Made by a program: the position numbers and the translations under genes. From Ginglymostoma cirratum (taxonomy: Eukaryota): DNA of 64,000 nucleotides. Of this stretch, positions 1-59,300 are shown piece after piece. The stretch covers positions 2,950,887-3,014,886 of the forward strand of contig JAHRHZ010000081.1 of assembly GCA_024137785.1 (NCBI GenBank). The letters are read 5' to 3'. Below the pieces are notes generated by a model. The model did no database searches, had not been told where the DNA came from, and saw nothing but the letters and a program-made list of their open reading frames with translations. Numbering within the stretch: position 1 is the stretch's first letter; each line of letters starts with the position of its first letter.

Positions 1-225
1 CTATGTACATTATTGAGAGAAAGCTTTTTAATTTCAAAAGATCATAATGTCAGAGTAAGGGATTGCCCATCTAAAATAGAGATGAGGAGGAGTTTCTTCT
101 GTCGGAGGGTGGTTGGTTTGTGGAATTCTTTACAACAAAGGGGTGTAGAGGTTGCGATATTAAGAATATTTGGGGCTGAGATGGCAGAGCAGAGGTGAAA
201 GGCTGATTGGCCTTTTTCTGTCTGC
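1..225 (+). mobile_element. CR1-type LINE 3' fragment
   Basis: Encodes the CR1 C-terminal remnant 'EMRRSFFCRRVVGLWNSL'. Confidence 0.75.
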
Positions 226-544
226 TCCTCCATTTTAGAGTCTTAAGTCTCAGTGAGGCCAAGGTCTCATTCCTGCTACTAATTTTTAAGTTCAGTTGCA
301 ATCCTTTGACTGAGGTGTAACAAAGAACATTTGAGTCGTGCCAGTGACCTGACTAACATTTCTACCAGAATCAGCAAACACTGAAACCAATTTAACTGAT
401 TACTGATTTCATTGTGATTTATGGCTGTGTACAAAAAAGCCTTCAGAGTCATGTGTTACATGGGAAACACTTCTGAAATATAACAAGGTGCTGCATATTA
501 TTTCAACTTTCATAAGCTGTGAGACACATAACATCAGATATTGA

Positions 545-1345
545 AGCATTCCATGTTTAAGTACAGCAACAATTTGGCCAATATCCAGGTTTGAGATGAC
601 AAGTATCTAGTAACATTCGTGCCACACAAGTGCCAGGCAGTGATTACGTTCAACAAAAGAGAATTTAACCATTGTCCCAAGATATTCACTGACACTACCA
701 TCACCGAATCCCCTCTATCAACATCCTGGGGGTTACCATTGACCAAAAACTGAACTGGTCCAACCATATTATTTCAGAGGCAGTGAGTCACTGACCTTCT
801 GAGTCCCCAACCTGTGTCTGCTATCTACAAGGCACAAATCAGGACTATGATGGAATATTCCCACTTGCCTGGATGAGTGCAACTCCAGCAACCCTCAAGA
901 AGCTTAATACCATCCAGGACAAAGTAGCCCACATACACAAACATTCACTCCCTCCACCACCAACACTCAGTAGTAGTATTGTGTACCACGCCCAAGGTGC
1001 ACTGGAGAAATTCACCAAGGCCCCTTAAGAAGTACCTTCCTAACCCATTAACCATTACTTAGAAAGTCAAGTGCAGCAGATACACGGAATGCCACTACCT
1101 GCAAGTTACCTACAATGCCACTACCTGCAATGCCACTCACCATTCTGACTTGGAAATAAATCACTGTTCCACTGTGCCACTGGGTTCAAAGATTGTAGAA
1201 CTCCCCTCCAAATGGCATTGTGGTATCTCTACACCAAATGGACTGCAGATGAAGGCAGCTCAAAATAATCTTCTCAAGGGCAACTGGGATAGGCAATAAT
1301 CTATGCGCCAACCAGTGAGCCACACATCCCATGAATGAATACAAA
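545..1345 (+). mobile_element. Decayed LINE 3' end (CR1/L2 group) with cccatgaatgaat tail
   Basis: RT C-terminal remnants (ILGVTIDQKLNW; IYKAQIRTMMEY). The same tail is seen at 29750-30165 (-) and 44810-45135 (+). Confidence 0.75.
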
Positions 1346-1744
1346 AAGGTACAATACGCTTTTTTCAATTCACTGCACAACACTGTTATTTAATATTTCT
1401 GCTTCACAGCAATTAAATGTAGGATTCATCATAGATTTGCCAATAGACACAACGCAATTGTCTTTTGATTACAGAAGTTATTTTTTATCTTGGTAATAGC
1501 AAATAAGTTTACTACAAATCCATTCCTTGAACTTTTCATCTCCAACAGAGAAAGCTCTTTGTTAATCATTACCTCAGAATTTGATTCAGTTTATTTGTAT
1601 CTATTTATCCACCCTAAATTTTCCAGTCATTGATAATAATAATTAAACTGCATGGATCCATTGCTTTTCCAGAATTCCCTATTTCTGAAGCACTCCCTGT
1701 GGATTTTACAGTGGCAAATCAGGAAATAGGGAGAGACATAGAGA

Positions 1745-4230
1745 GAACTATTGATTCATAAGCCTAATCAGTATGAGGGAAATGCTAAATTCTAGTATTA
1801 GGGATGTGACAACAAGGCACTTAGAAAATCATAACATGATTATGCAGAGTTGCCATAGATTAATGAAGGAGGATCAGATTTGATAAAGCTGTTAGTTTTT
1901 GAACTTGTGGGTAGTAAGGTGAATGCAGAGTGATTAGATTGTCAAAAAGCATTTGATGAAGTGTCATACAGGGGATGTTTTGCACAAAAGTAGCTTTCGG
2001 TTTGGTAGGAAAAATGAGAAGAGACAGTTTAAAGATGCAATTAATGTAGACATTGTGGTGTGACAACTTAAAATGCTTTTCACTGTATTTTTCATGTAAA
2101 AGTACACATGGCAATAAATTTCTATTCTGTTCTACTCTACAAATTAAAGCTTACAATTCTAAAGGGGCTGCAGTTGCAAAGGGTCCTGGGCACAAGTTAC
2201 TGACTGTGGCTGGATAGATTGAGAAAGATGTTAATAAAAGAATAAAAAGTCCTGATCTTTATAATTAAAACGAAGGGCAGAGTACAAAAGCTAAGATGTT
2301 CTGATGAAGCTTTACAAAACTCTGGTAGGGTGTTGTGTCTGCTTTCTATTTTCTTTTTACCAACCAATGCCAAATCAGTATCGTACCATTATGTTGTCCC
2401 CTGCGCCATGAGTTTTTATTTCCCACAATAACCTCAGTACATTCCAGCGACCGGTTCCCCCTTTATCCTCAGCATATTGTTACCTCATCGGAATAAATCC
2501 AATAGAGTGGGATGACATTGCCTGATCCTCTTGAACTTATACAGGTGCCTTGCTTTAACTTGTTTCAAAACAGCTTCCAACATTTTCTTAATGAGAGATG
2601 TTAAGTTAACTGTGCTGTAATTTTGTGCTTTCTATCTCCTTTCCTTTTTGAATGAAGAAATTTGTTGCTCTAATCTAATGTGACCCTCCCAAAATCAAGG
2701 GTAGTGTTTTCAAAAATTAAAACCAGTGCATCAAATATCTCATCCGGCCACTTTTTTTAAAACTGCAGGACCCAGGCGCTGTTGGCTTGTCATTTTAACA
2801 ATTTACTACATACCACTTCTCTGGTGATTGTAATTTTCCTGAGTTCTTCCCTCCGTTCCATTTCCTGATTTATTGCCGCGTGTGGAATATTACTTTTATC
2901 CTCTATAGTGAAGTATAAAATACCTGTTCATTTTATCTGCCATTTCCTCATTTTACATTATTAGTTCTATAGCCTCAGTTTCTGTACAACCAGTGCTCAC
3001 TTGACTTGCTCTTTAACTATTTGAACGATCCTACTGTCTGTTCTTAAGTTATGTCTAACTTTCTCCGTATTCTAATTTGTCACCTCTATATTTTTTAGTC
3101 ATTTTCTTCCTGTTTTTTAAAATTCTGTTCAATTTTTAGACCTGCCACTGCCCTTACACAATTGTATGCTTTTTCTTTCAGTTTGGTACTTTCTTTAACA
3201 TTTCTGATTAGCCATGGATGCTAGGCCCATTGATTGGAATGTATCTAATCTGAGTACTCTGAAATACCCCCTTAAATGTGGCCACTACATCTCTATTGCA
3301 TCTATCTTTTAACCTAACTTGCCAATTAACTTTAACCTACTCTGCTTTCATGCCCTCATAATTGACCTTATTACAATTTTAAAAAGTAATCTCAGATCCA
3401 CTCCTCTCTCCGTTAAATTGAATGTAAAATTCAATTATGTTAATATTGCTGCTATCTGATGGCATCTACATCATGAGATCATTAATTCACCCTAACTCAT
3501 TGATTCTGTGATTCTGCAGCCTGCTGTCTGATTGGCTCCAGTCTGTTCCAAGAAACTATCCTGAAAACATTCTATGAACTTATTGTCTAATCTACCCTTT
3601 GCCCATCTGATGATTCCAGTTAGTATGTAGATTAAAATCTCTCATGATTCTCGGCATGCCTTTCTGACAAGCTGTCATTATTTCTTCCTTTATACTGCAC
3701 CGTCCTGTGTGGTTACTATTAGAAGGCCTGTCCATTATTCACATAAAAGTAACTTATTGTTTCTCATTTCTACCCAAACTGTTTCCATATCTTGGTTTCC
3801 TGAACTTAGGTCGTTTCCTCTCTAGGATGCTAATAGCATCAACAATTAACAGAGCCACCCTTCCAATTTTTCTGTCATTCCCAAATGTCTTGTACCCTTC
3901 AAGATTCAGGTGCCAATCCATGTCATCCTGTAGTCATATGAATTAGGAGCAGGGCTAGGCCACCTGGCCCCTCTGGTCTGCTCTGGCTTTCAATAAAATC
4001 ATTGTAGATCTGATTACTCCACATTCATACCTAACTCTGATAACCTTTCACCCCTTGCTTATCATGAATCTATCTACTCTGCCTTAAAGGTGATTTAAAA
4101 TCTTTACTTCCACCACTTTTCAAAGAAGAGAGTTCAAAAAATTCATGACCTCAGAGAAAACAAAATTGTTCATTTCAGTCTTAAATGAGTGACTCTTCTT
4201 CTTAAACAGTGATACCTAGTCCTAGAATCA
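1745..4230. mobile_element. Cluster of CR1 fragments (+ 1745-2335; - about 2350-4230)
   Basis: Degenerate RT motifs (LDCQKAFDEVSY, YKTLVG) and a reverse-strand CR1 tail near 3930-4230. Confidence 0.65.
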
Positions 4231-4715
4231 GGTAACCAAACAGTTCACTACAGGATCCACACACCATGCCACGGATGTGGCGTATTATTTGAAGAGGCAG
4301 GTGGATGGGATGCTGAGTTTTTCACTTGCTCCTTCTGCTGTTTGTGCTTGACCTCCACCTGGCATGTTGGAGGCACTGAAATTATTTGCCACCTTTGTGG
4401 ATGCTTCTTTTCAGTTTGGTCAGTCTTGGGCTACAGTTGTCAGTAATACTGCATTTTTTTCCAGGAAGGCTTTGAAGATGTCTCTAAAGTATTTCCTTAG
4501 CTTTTTTTTTGACAAAGATAGGAGTTGAGAGCTTGCTTTGGAAGTCAGGCATGTGGACAATGTGGCCTGAAGGACAGGTAAGATACAGACAGGCATTCCA
4601 GGAACTTGGTGTCAGGTTTGATCTTTGTCATCAAGCATTCTGTCTGTCAAATATCTGAAGGCAGTGCTAGTATGCTGGACGTAATGTTGGGTTTCATCGT
4701 TGATATTGCACAAGA
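4230..4715 (-). mobile_element. RTE-clade LINE 3' fragment
   Basis: Reverse strand gives GHIVHMPD..PKQAL and FRDIFKAFL remnants typical of the RTE ORF C-terminus. Confidence 0.6.
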
Positions 4716-5275
4716 TTGAAGACGGTTAAGGAAGGGAATTTCAGAGTGTACAGCTTTCAGCAGCTGAATACCCGGTTACTGATGGAATGTTGGAAGTCAG
4801 GTTTGTGCAAGAGATTAGAATTGGAGGAGTACAAGAGATCTCGCTGGGTTATGAGACTGGAGGGCATTGTGGAGATGGGAAGGATTGAGACTAAGCGAAT
4901 GAGGCTAGCCAAAGTAACATTGGAATAATCATATCCGGCAGCAACAAAGGCATGGGTTGAGCAATTAACAGCTAATGTGAGGAGACAAGAGAATGTCAGG
5001 TGTGTAAGTGATTATCTTTGACGATAGAAAGGATTGGGGATCAGAATATTAGGTTCAAATGGAACCTAGTACCTACGTTTTGATTGCCAATTGAACATTA
5101 TTCCCCAACACTCTACAACCATAAAGAAATGAATAGTTGTATTTGCTGAACAAGTGTTCAATCTATCTTGTCACTGCTCCTATTTTGTTGGTGTTGGTTG
5201 TATTTCAGTTTTACTTGGGTTATGAAGCAGTCACAAATTCAACCAGTAGGGTGCACTAATGTACAAGTTTTGCAG

Positions 5276-50445
<45,170 letters not shown>

Positions 50446-50779
50446 GCTATAATCATAGAAAGTGGGACTCATACATAGTTTCTATTAATAAGTTTCTTTT
50501 TAAATTATCATTGAAATAGTTTCTAAATACAACACAATCAAGCATACTGTAGTAAATGAAGAGCATTATTTAATGAAATTACCAACGCAAAACACTAGGT
50601 ATGTCTTGATCACTCCTTACACTGGTAGAGTGTGAGGTGCTAGTTTTCACACATGACTGTAGGTGGACTGTTAAGATCTCAGCAGCAATAAGAGCTAGTA
50701 TTATACAGCATTTTTAACAGAGTAAAATGTTCTGCTTCTGAGGTGGGGGTGATGGTGTCGAACTGGAGTGGACAAGGTC

Positions 50780-50863
50780 AGAAGGCAGATGACACCAGGT
50801 TATAGTCCAATAGATTTATTTGGATTTACAAGCTCTTGGAGTATTGCCCCTTTGTCAGGTGAA
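50780..50863 (-). mobile_element. Third PLE-type terminal fragment with a decayed hammerhead
   Basis: Minus strand reads cacCTGACaAagggg-caata-ctccaagagcttg..aataaa..ggactataacctggtgtc. Confidence 0.5.
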
Positions 50864-53800
50864 CAAAACCTTGTTCTGAGGTAGGCTTCAAGCAGCACAT
50901 CAAGAGAAATTTAGGAAGGGAATGATAGAGCTTGGGCTCTGAATGGCTGAAGGCAAAGGGTATCGGACATAAAGGACCAGAGTGAGTGAAGCACAGAGGT
51001 TCTGGAGGATTGGAGAAGGTTACAGGGACAGGGAGACATTTTAACAGCAGAACGAAGAAGTTAAAATCTAGGCTTTTGACAATGTAGGTCCATACGTAGG
51101 GGAGTGAAGAACAATTGGAAGTGATATGGGAAGCCAAATTTTATGTAAGTTTACAGATGGTATAAAATAGAAGGCTGGCTAGGGGAATGTTGCAAGAGTC
51201 CAGTCTATACTTAATCAGTATGAGGATTTCAGCAGCAGACAGGCTGAGGTAGAGATAGGTGATAAGGCACAATCCACAACTGTTCCTTTATTTTGGCTGT
51301 AGACCACCTCTCACTGATCAAGGCAAATATATATGGGAAGTATTTTCCTTTAGAAAACATGTTTACAATTCACCAGCCCAGGACAAAAGTCTACACACCT
51401 GGAGACTTCCCTCCAGTTTAATTAGAGCTTACAATATGGCAAACTGTTTTCTAAAGGTCAGTAAACAGAAATCCTATTGAGAATGATCAGTAGAATAAAA
51501 TGATTTTTGCAATTACGCAAAATGACTGTGTAAATACAGTCTTGATTTTTAGCAAAGTGCATTGAGAATAATGCATCAGCAACCCCCACTCTAAAACAGA
51601 AGTTATCGGGCACTTAATCTGGGAGAGGGTAGAAATTTGTAATTTGCACTTGATTCACACACAGTCTCAAACATGCTTTGCAACACGAGGGTGCACTAAT
51701 CAAATATTTCTCTATAATGAGGGAAAATAATTCATTTTAGCCTCCTGTTGGAAATATATAGTCACAGAACCGGTTCACACAAACTACAGGAATATCAGAA
51801 GATAACTCAGCAGAACAGAAAAAATATGGAAGAAAACAAGACGTTTTCAGAAAAACCCAACTTAGTCCATGGAACAGACTTTTATCATTGAGATTAATCA
51901 GCTCAGCCCCAGAGTTTTCTGAAAGTAACAGGTTATTAAGCTTGGTAGTGTATTACACGAGGGAAAAGGCTTCTCTACTCCAGGCCTGGATGAGGGGAAC
52001 TAAATTAACTGCTGGTACATCATTTCCCTTATTTACATTTAGCTTGTGTGGTCAGTGCTGCAACCAGCTAGAGATATGGAAATCAATTCAGGACAACAAG
52101 TTTTGATACAACAGATGCTGTGCTCATCACTGGAGAAATGGAAAATGCTGCTGTGACTCCAGCTGCTCAAGGTCAGTCAAATAAAATCAATGCACCAGAG
52201 GTTTATATCATCATGACAGGCATCAATAAGGTTAACAGCAAAGGTCCTTTCCCTAGAGGGGGTGAGTTCAAAACTAAGGGGCATATTTTTAAGGTTAGAG
52301 GAGAAAGATTTAAAAAGGGACCCGAGAGGCAACATTGTCACACACACAGTGGTTCATATGTGGAACAGTTACAACATTTAAAAGATATTTGGCCAGGTAC
52401 TTGAATAGGAAAGGTTTAGAGGGATATGGGTCAAACACAGGCAAATGTTATTTGAGAAACCTGGTCAGCACAGATGAGTTGGACCCAAGGATCTGTTTCT
52501 GTGCTACATGACTCTTTGGTCCCTTGCTGACATTTCTTTCCTTAAACAAATGTTGGTTTGACTGGGGTTTTACAAACCAGTTATTACTCCTGCTCATTTG
52601 GAGAGATGACAAACCACTCCATGTAGCCTGCATGTTAGTGGTGAACAGTACAATGTTATGTAAACATTGGATGGTTGCCATGTGGTGACATTATAGTCAT
52701 TTCCATTTCATTGTAGGGATTACTGCAAAGAAAACAGGCCGAGATCTGTACAGACCACTGTAAGCTGTGAGGGATCCAAGTTCCATCAGGGCAGTTCCAA
52801 GTCACATTTTAAATAAGTCAAAGTATAATATAAAATAATATTTATCCTGAGAGGAGAATAAAATGCATCTGGCAGTTAATGTGGCCAGTCCTTTAAGCTC
52901 CAGATTTAGACAAGTACACACAAGCACATAGACTTAATGGTGACATGACGTTTAGTTTTACTGCTACTGTGACTAACTGCAGCAGTAATTGACAGAGGAG
53001 CAATTAAGTCAGGGACACATCTTCAGGCGCTAAGGAATTTATGGAACAAGTTACTGGATACTCATTGAAGCAAACAGAATAACTGGGTCAAGTACATCAG
53101 TGTATTTATGGTGTTATGCTATTAAAATATGGGTAAAATGGTCATTAACTTCTGACAAAATCCAAAGGAAAAGGCACATTTTTTGTAATGTACCATTTCT
53201 TTAAGGTAATGAAACATAACATCCTCTTTCGCAATACTTACTGTATGCTCCACTTAATTGCCATAAATGAAAGCTCAGGAAACAACTGCATTAAAGAAAA
53301 CATCTGGTTGTCAGGAGTGCCCAAGTGCCTTGCGTAATTAGTGAAGGATGCCCCTAAACCACAGAGGGTGAACAGGAGCGTAACAGCCAACTGTTCATCA
53401 GCCAGCAGAATGGATTCAAATGATGGGACATGAAGCACAAAACTGTCCTATTTATAAAAGATATACACACAAAACAAGCCAGAGTGAGATATCTAAAAAG
53501 CTGCAAGGTTTAGATTAGAGTTGTAAATAGTGGGGGAAGAATATACACTAAAAGGCAAGCTTGCCATAAAATACTAGAGGTTAAAGATGCACTCTAATTA
53601 ATTACAAATGCTTTAAGTTGACCGAGTTCCTCAACTATAAACCAGTGTTACTCTGACAGCCAGCCTCTGCACGTCTGTTCAGTGGGTCAACGATCAGTAA
53701 ACTGTTGGTTTGAACTTGAGACCACATTATTCAGAATTTTATCGTGGGCTGTGGGGTTGCAGATTTTTGTCATCTTTGGCTAATTGGGGCAGATTTACAG

Positions 53801-53919
53801 CACAGGAACAGCCTGTTTAGCCCACCAGTTGTCTGCTTGTGTTTATGCTCCATACAAGTCCCCTTCTCTCTATCAGAATGGAACTGACATGGGTCAAACA
53901 TATGCTAATTGTACCATTA

Positions 53920-56390
53920 AATGTGGGATGAATGTGGGATCAGCCATGATCTGAATGAATGGTGGAGCAGGCTCAAATGGTCAAACAACCTAGTCCTGAT
54001 CCTATATCTTACAGTCTTATGGAATAGACCAAATGGGAAAGGATATGGGGTAGCTTTGTAAATAAAGGAATGGCAAGTGAAAGAAGTCACACTTGGGGGA
54101 TGTGTATAGATCCTTGTAGTTAACTAACACTACATATAGAACAGGAAATCTTGGGTGATTTAATCTGCATATTGACTGGACAAATCAGATGGGCAAGGGT
54201 AACATGGCAGATTAATTTGTAAAGTATACCAGAGATCTTTTTTAAGAGTAGTACTTTCAGTACAGGCCATTTTAGATCTAGTAAAATATGAGCGGTAGGA
54301 TTTGATAAGCAACCTCAACTTAAATATGGACACAGTTACAGACATGTGAAGTAAGAGTTGCCTGAAGCCAACTACGAAATTGGAATAACAGTGGCAGACA
54401 TTTAAGCAAATGTTTCATAATGGTCAGCAAAAGTAATGGTCAAAAAGGATGAGGGGGATGAACCATCTGTGGTTAACAAAGGTGTTTATGGAGAGTAATC
54501 AATTAAAACAAAGGCATACAAAGTGATAGAAACTACTGACAAGCCAGGGGACTGGGAATTTGTTAGGAACCAGCAGTGAATGATTAAAATGGTGTTAAAG
54601 AGGGAGAAATTAATTATAAAAGTAAATTGGCAGGAAATGTAAAAATAAACAGCAAAATAAATAGCTAAAATGAGTGTTGGACCCTTGGAAGATGTGACTG
54701 GGGAATTGATAGCAGGGGTAAACAGGAAAAACAGCAGATAATTTAAACCAGTATTTTGCAATAGTATGAATGGCAGTAGACTCTCAAACACCCCAATGTG
54801 CTAATGGGAGGAAAGGTTTTGTAACAGCCTCTAACACAAAGGACAAAGTATTTGGAAAACTAGTGGGATTGAAAGCAGGCAAGTTGCCAGGTCCTGATGG
54901 CCTGCATCCAAGGATTTTAAAGGAAGTGGCTGCAGAAATATTGGAGGCATTTGCTAAAATATTCTAGAACTCACTGGATTCCAGGAAGGCTTCAGGCGAT
55001 TGGAAAACTGTTAATATGATGCTCCTGCTCAAGTGAAAGAACAGAAAGCAGAAAACTGTGCCAGTTAGCCTGTTAGTCAGAAGCAAGATAGGTCATTCTC
55101 AAACCTACCTTACCATCCTATAAAGATTATGGCTGATTTGCCCAAGGCCTCAACTCCTCTGCCATAGCAGCTCCTCATAACTCAACTTCCTGATGTTTCT
55201 CAAATGTTGTGATCTAACCCACAACTCTGCAGTAAAGCACTCCAGACATTCATTACACTCAGGATAAAATTCTTCACCACCTCAGTTACAGAATAAGGGA
55301 CACTCATTTAAAACTATATCACAAAGATTTCCTCAAGAGTAGAAATATCTCAACATCTACCCTATAATCCTCCCTCAGAATCTTGTATGTTTTAACAAGA
55401 TTACTCTTCATTCTGCTAAATGCTAATGAATAAAGGATTCATTTGTTTAGCCATTTTTGTCAATTCAGTCCCTTCATCCCAGGAATGAGCCCAGTGAATC
55501 CCTTTTGAACCACCTCCAATTCTGGTACATCTTTTCTTAAAAGCGAAGACCAAAACTCCACGCAGCCTCTCCAACATCTTGCACAATCATAATAAAACAT
55601 CCCAATTCTTGTTTCATAGACACAAAAAAAAACACCCATAATCCCTCCATGTTGTACTTTTTTAGAGTCTTTCCATTTAAATAATGGTCTGCCTTTGATG
55701 CTTCCTACTTCCCTAGATTAAACTCTGGCATGTTTTTGTCCACTCACTCAACCTCTCCTTCTCTTTGCAGATACGTGATGTCCTCATTGTAACATGCCCT
55801 CCCTCCTATTCTGGTCATTAACCAATTTGGTCATGTTACAGTCTATTCCCTCTAACTTATCAATGTTGATAAAAGTAGTAAATAGTTAAAGCACCAAGAA
55901 TGGATCCTTGTAGCATTCCCCCAGTTACATTCGTCTAAGCTGGAAAAGACCCATCTTCTGTGTTAACCAATCCACAATCCATGCTGATACATAAAAGATT
56001 TAATAGCAGAATTTGGATAATAGCAACATGGTTGGACAGAGTCAGCATGGATTTACAAAAAGAAAGTCATGCTTGTTGATTGTTAGCAGAATTGAGTACA
56101 AGAGTAGTAAGGATGTTCTGACTTGGACACAGTGCAATGAATGTTTACCAAGTTTGTCAGGACTAAAAACAGCCTGGATTAGTTAGGAATATATTCACTG
56201 GAGTTTAGAAGAACGAGGGGGGGGAATCTCAGAATCTAACAAGTCTAGACAGGGCAAACGCAGGAAGGATATTTCTGAAGACCAGGGGTTCACTAGCTAA
56301 GGATATTGGATAAGCCACTTGAATTAAGAGAAATTTCTTCACCTAGAAAGTGGTGCACCTGTGAAATTCAGTGCTACAGAAAGCTGACTA
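53920..56390. mobile_element. CR1 composite: + strand copy split by a - strand CR1 (about 55080-55990)
   Basis: KAGKLPGPDGLHPRILKEVAAEI at about 54870-54940; + strand homology resumes with SQHGFTKRKSCL at about 56040. Confidence 0.75.
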
Positions 56391-59300
56391 AAATGGTAAA
56401 AGTCCAATGACACTCAAAAATATGACGACAGATTGGGTATCCCAAAGAGAGATGATTAACAGGAACTGTGGAATTTCTTCACCTGAAGATATTTAATCTA
56501 AATGTACAGATTACCTTGAAAAATTTGAATAAAGTAAGATCAAAATTTTGATTAGCCTTAAAAGTAAGCAAAATCAGGAGTCTCATCTGTACAATTCTTC
56601 ACAAGGTTTCGAGGGGAAATACTGGGACTCAAATGAACCAAATCAATGGGTCAAATTTATTTTCAGAACTTTTAATCTTTGACCCTAAAATTCTTTTAAC
56701 TCCAAAGGACTTCTATATTTTTCAGCTACTCGGGAGTAAGACTTCATGGGTTCACATCATCTCGCACTGTTATACTAAGACCTTTTGAATGACTTCCCAA
56801 CTGATGACAGAAGACGTACTGGGACACTATAACCATTATCATTTTGTGTCAAGTATAGCAAATGATTGCAGCACTGTGAAGATGCTGGTGCACGGTACCA
56901 CAATGTGAGAACAAACAGGATGTTAAACATGAGAGAACTTGACAGTTGTTGATCTTCATATTAGAATGTCCCAAACTGTCCTGGCGTTCAACACACATGA
57001 CCAGTCACTATTTACCAAATACGATGAGTTACTGGTCTTTTCCACCAACCAAAAAACAAATTATGAGTCTTGAGTATGTAAATAATCAAGTACTGAGAGT
57101 TTTTAACCTTTCTAATTTTTGTATAGTAGATGTGTGCCTCATCACTACTGAGAGTATAATAACAGCCTCAAATGTCCAACACATAACTGGCAACTAGCCC
57201 TATAAGAGTTTGAATAGCTGTATTATTAAACAATATCTAGAAGTTACATAATTGTTCATTTAGAACTATAAATTGCTTCCCCAAACCATCAGCTACCAAC
57301 TACTATGCCAAAACCACACTAGAGAATTATTTTTGGTTGGTAAATGGCAGAGATGCACACTTTTTCCATTTATTTAGAAGAATTTTAAAGACATTACATT
57401 ACTGCAAATGACAGACACTACTCCTCCAGGCTGCTCACTGATTAAAGTGATAAATGGCAGTGATTAGAAAATGACCGGTTCAATGAACCAACAGACAATG
57501 GAATGGACACAGTCCAAAGTTACAATGCACTGACCACTTAAAGAAATGGGTATACCTTTTTTGCTGGCTTCCATATAATGAAAAAACAAGTTTGTGCAAT
57601 CTTTCAGTGATCCCTAGTATGCTGTAGTGTCAAGAATTGCTCATGCCCTCCCCAACCCTCAGGGATATGCAAGATGACAGCAAGTGAACCGCAAAATAAT
57701 TGAACCCAGTGATTCCATTTATGATTTATCTTCACACTGGCCTATTTTAGACTTCACAGAGCATTTGACACACACACAAATCCAATTGGGTTCATTCGTC
57801 AACACAAATCGCAGAGGAATCTCAACATTCTGATTAGAAGAAAACCTGGATTTCTGAAATAAAGGTAATTGTGGAAATAAAGGTGTAAATCTAAAATTTA
57901 TCAAGCCTAGTTTAACATTCAAGGACCCATCAATGAATTGTTTCAGCTGGTCAGTCAGAAATATTCTGCAGTAGAGGAGTTCTTCACTTTTTGTATGGGA
58001 TGCTGGTAATTTGTTACCTATTTCTAATTGACCTTGGATTGAGTTGCTTGATGAGCCATTGCAGAAGGGAGAGAAGAATCAACCAGATATCATAGGTCTG
58101 CAGTCACAGGTAGACCAAATTAGGTGAGGATGACAGATTTCTTTGCCTAAAGGGCATTAGTGAAACAGATGGGTTTCTACAACAATTGAAGTTAGTTTCA
58201 TTATCACCGTTACTGAGACAGTTTTTAAATTCCAGATTTACATCAATTGAATTTAAGTTCAATGTTGCTACGGTGGAGTGTGAACCCTTGTCCCCAAAGC
58301 AAGGATAGTCTCTGGATTACTAATCCAGTAACATCATTACTACACCATCATCCTCCCCTATTTATCATCAAGGTTGCAATTGATAAGCAACTCTATTTAA
58401 ACTTCTGTTGCAGACCTTGGGCACTTGAAAGCTCATAACATCGCCAAAATAATTCCAGCTTCCGCCCTTCCCTTGATCCTCCCCAGTAAAGAAGGATGGT
58501 CACAGATTACTAACGAACTCGATTTGGAAATGACACGTCCAGTTTACTTGGTTTACTCCTGGTTTTCAACATTAAACAAAATTTTAAAGTCTTAAAGAAC
58601 AAAGTTACTTTTCCAACCACCCTAGCTTCTACACTTTGCCCAACATCCCCATCTGTATATTATAGTTTATAAATGAGATCTCGTTGATCAACTCCCCATC
58701 CACTCCATTGCTGAGAGGGCAACAGAAGTAAATCAACTCAATTACGATGACAACATGTTACACAAACCAGTCGCCACCTTTAATTACGGATCTATAAATA
58801 ATTACATTGCAGCTTTAACACTGATGCTTTCAAGAAATTACATGGTAATTTTGCGAAGACTAGGAATTTTTTTTAATACAAAATAATCGCTTCCCTCCAC
58901 ATGAGCCTTTGACAAGCAGTAGTGTGTGCTCACGCTTTTGCCTGGATATGCTGAACCTAATACAAATACACAATCTACCAGTTTTCTGTAAGAAGAGCCT
59001 AGTGCAACATTTCTGTTCTGAGAACTCGCTGTAAGCTCCACAATCAGAAAGCTTGATGTTGACTTTGAAACGGATCTCTGTTGGAGTGTTACATAGGGAG
59101 CAGCCTTGAAAAGGAGTTTTGCTGATTGAAACCTTTGAATGTCTCATAATCAGCCTCTTTTTCCTTCACTCACACTGGCCTATTTTGTTTCTCCACAACT
59201 CCGTACCCAGCTGGTGAACTTTGAGGAAGCCACAATACAAAAAAACAGGAGCCAGGGAATTAGTATAAACTATCTCAAAGGTATTCGCACCCAGAGATTC

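Noticed and set aside
1-5275. Upstream MAN2C1 exon (expected ...VGGTWVEM)
   Set aside because: Not found by eye; the region is almost all retroelement debris, so the exon probably lies before the window
50446-52900. MAN2C1 polyadenylation site
   Set aside because: No canonical AATAAA close to the stop; candidates near 52180 and 52856 cannot be chosen without 3'-end data
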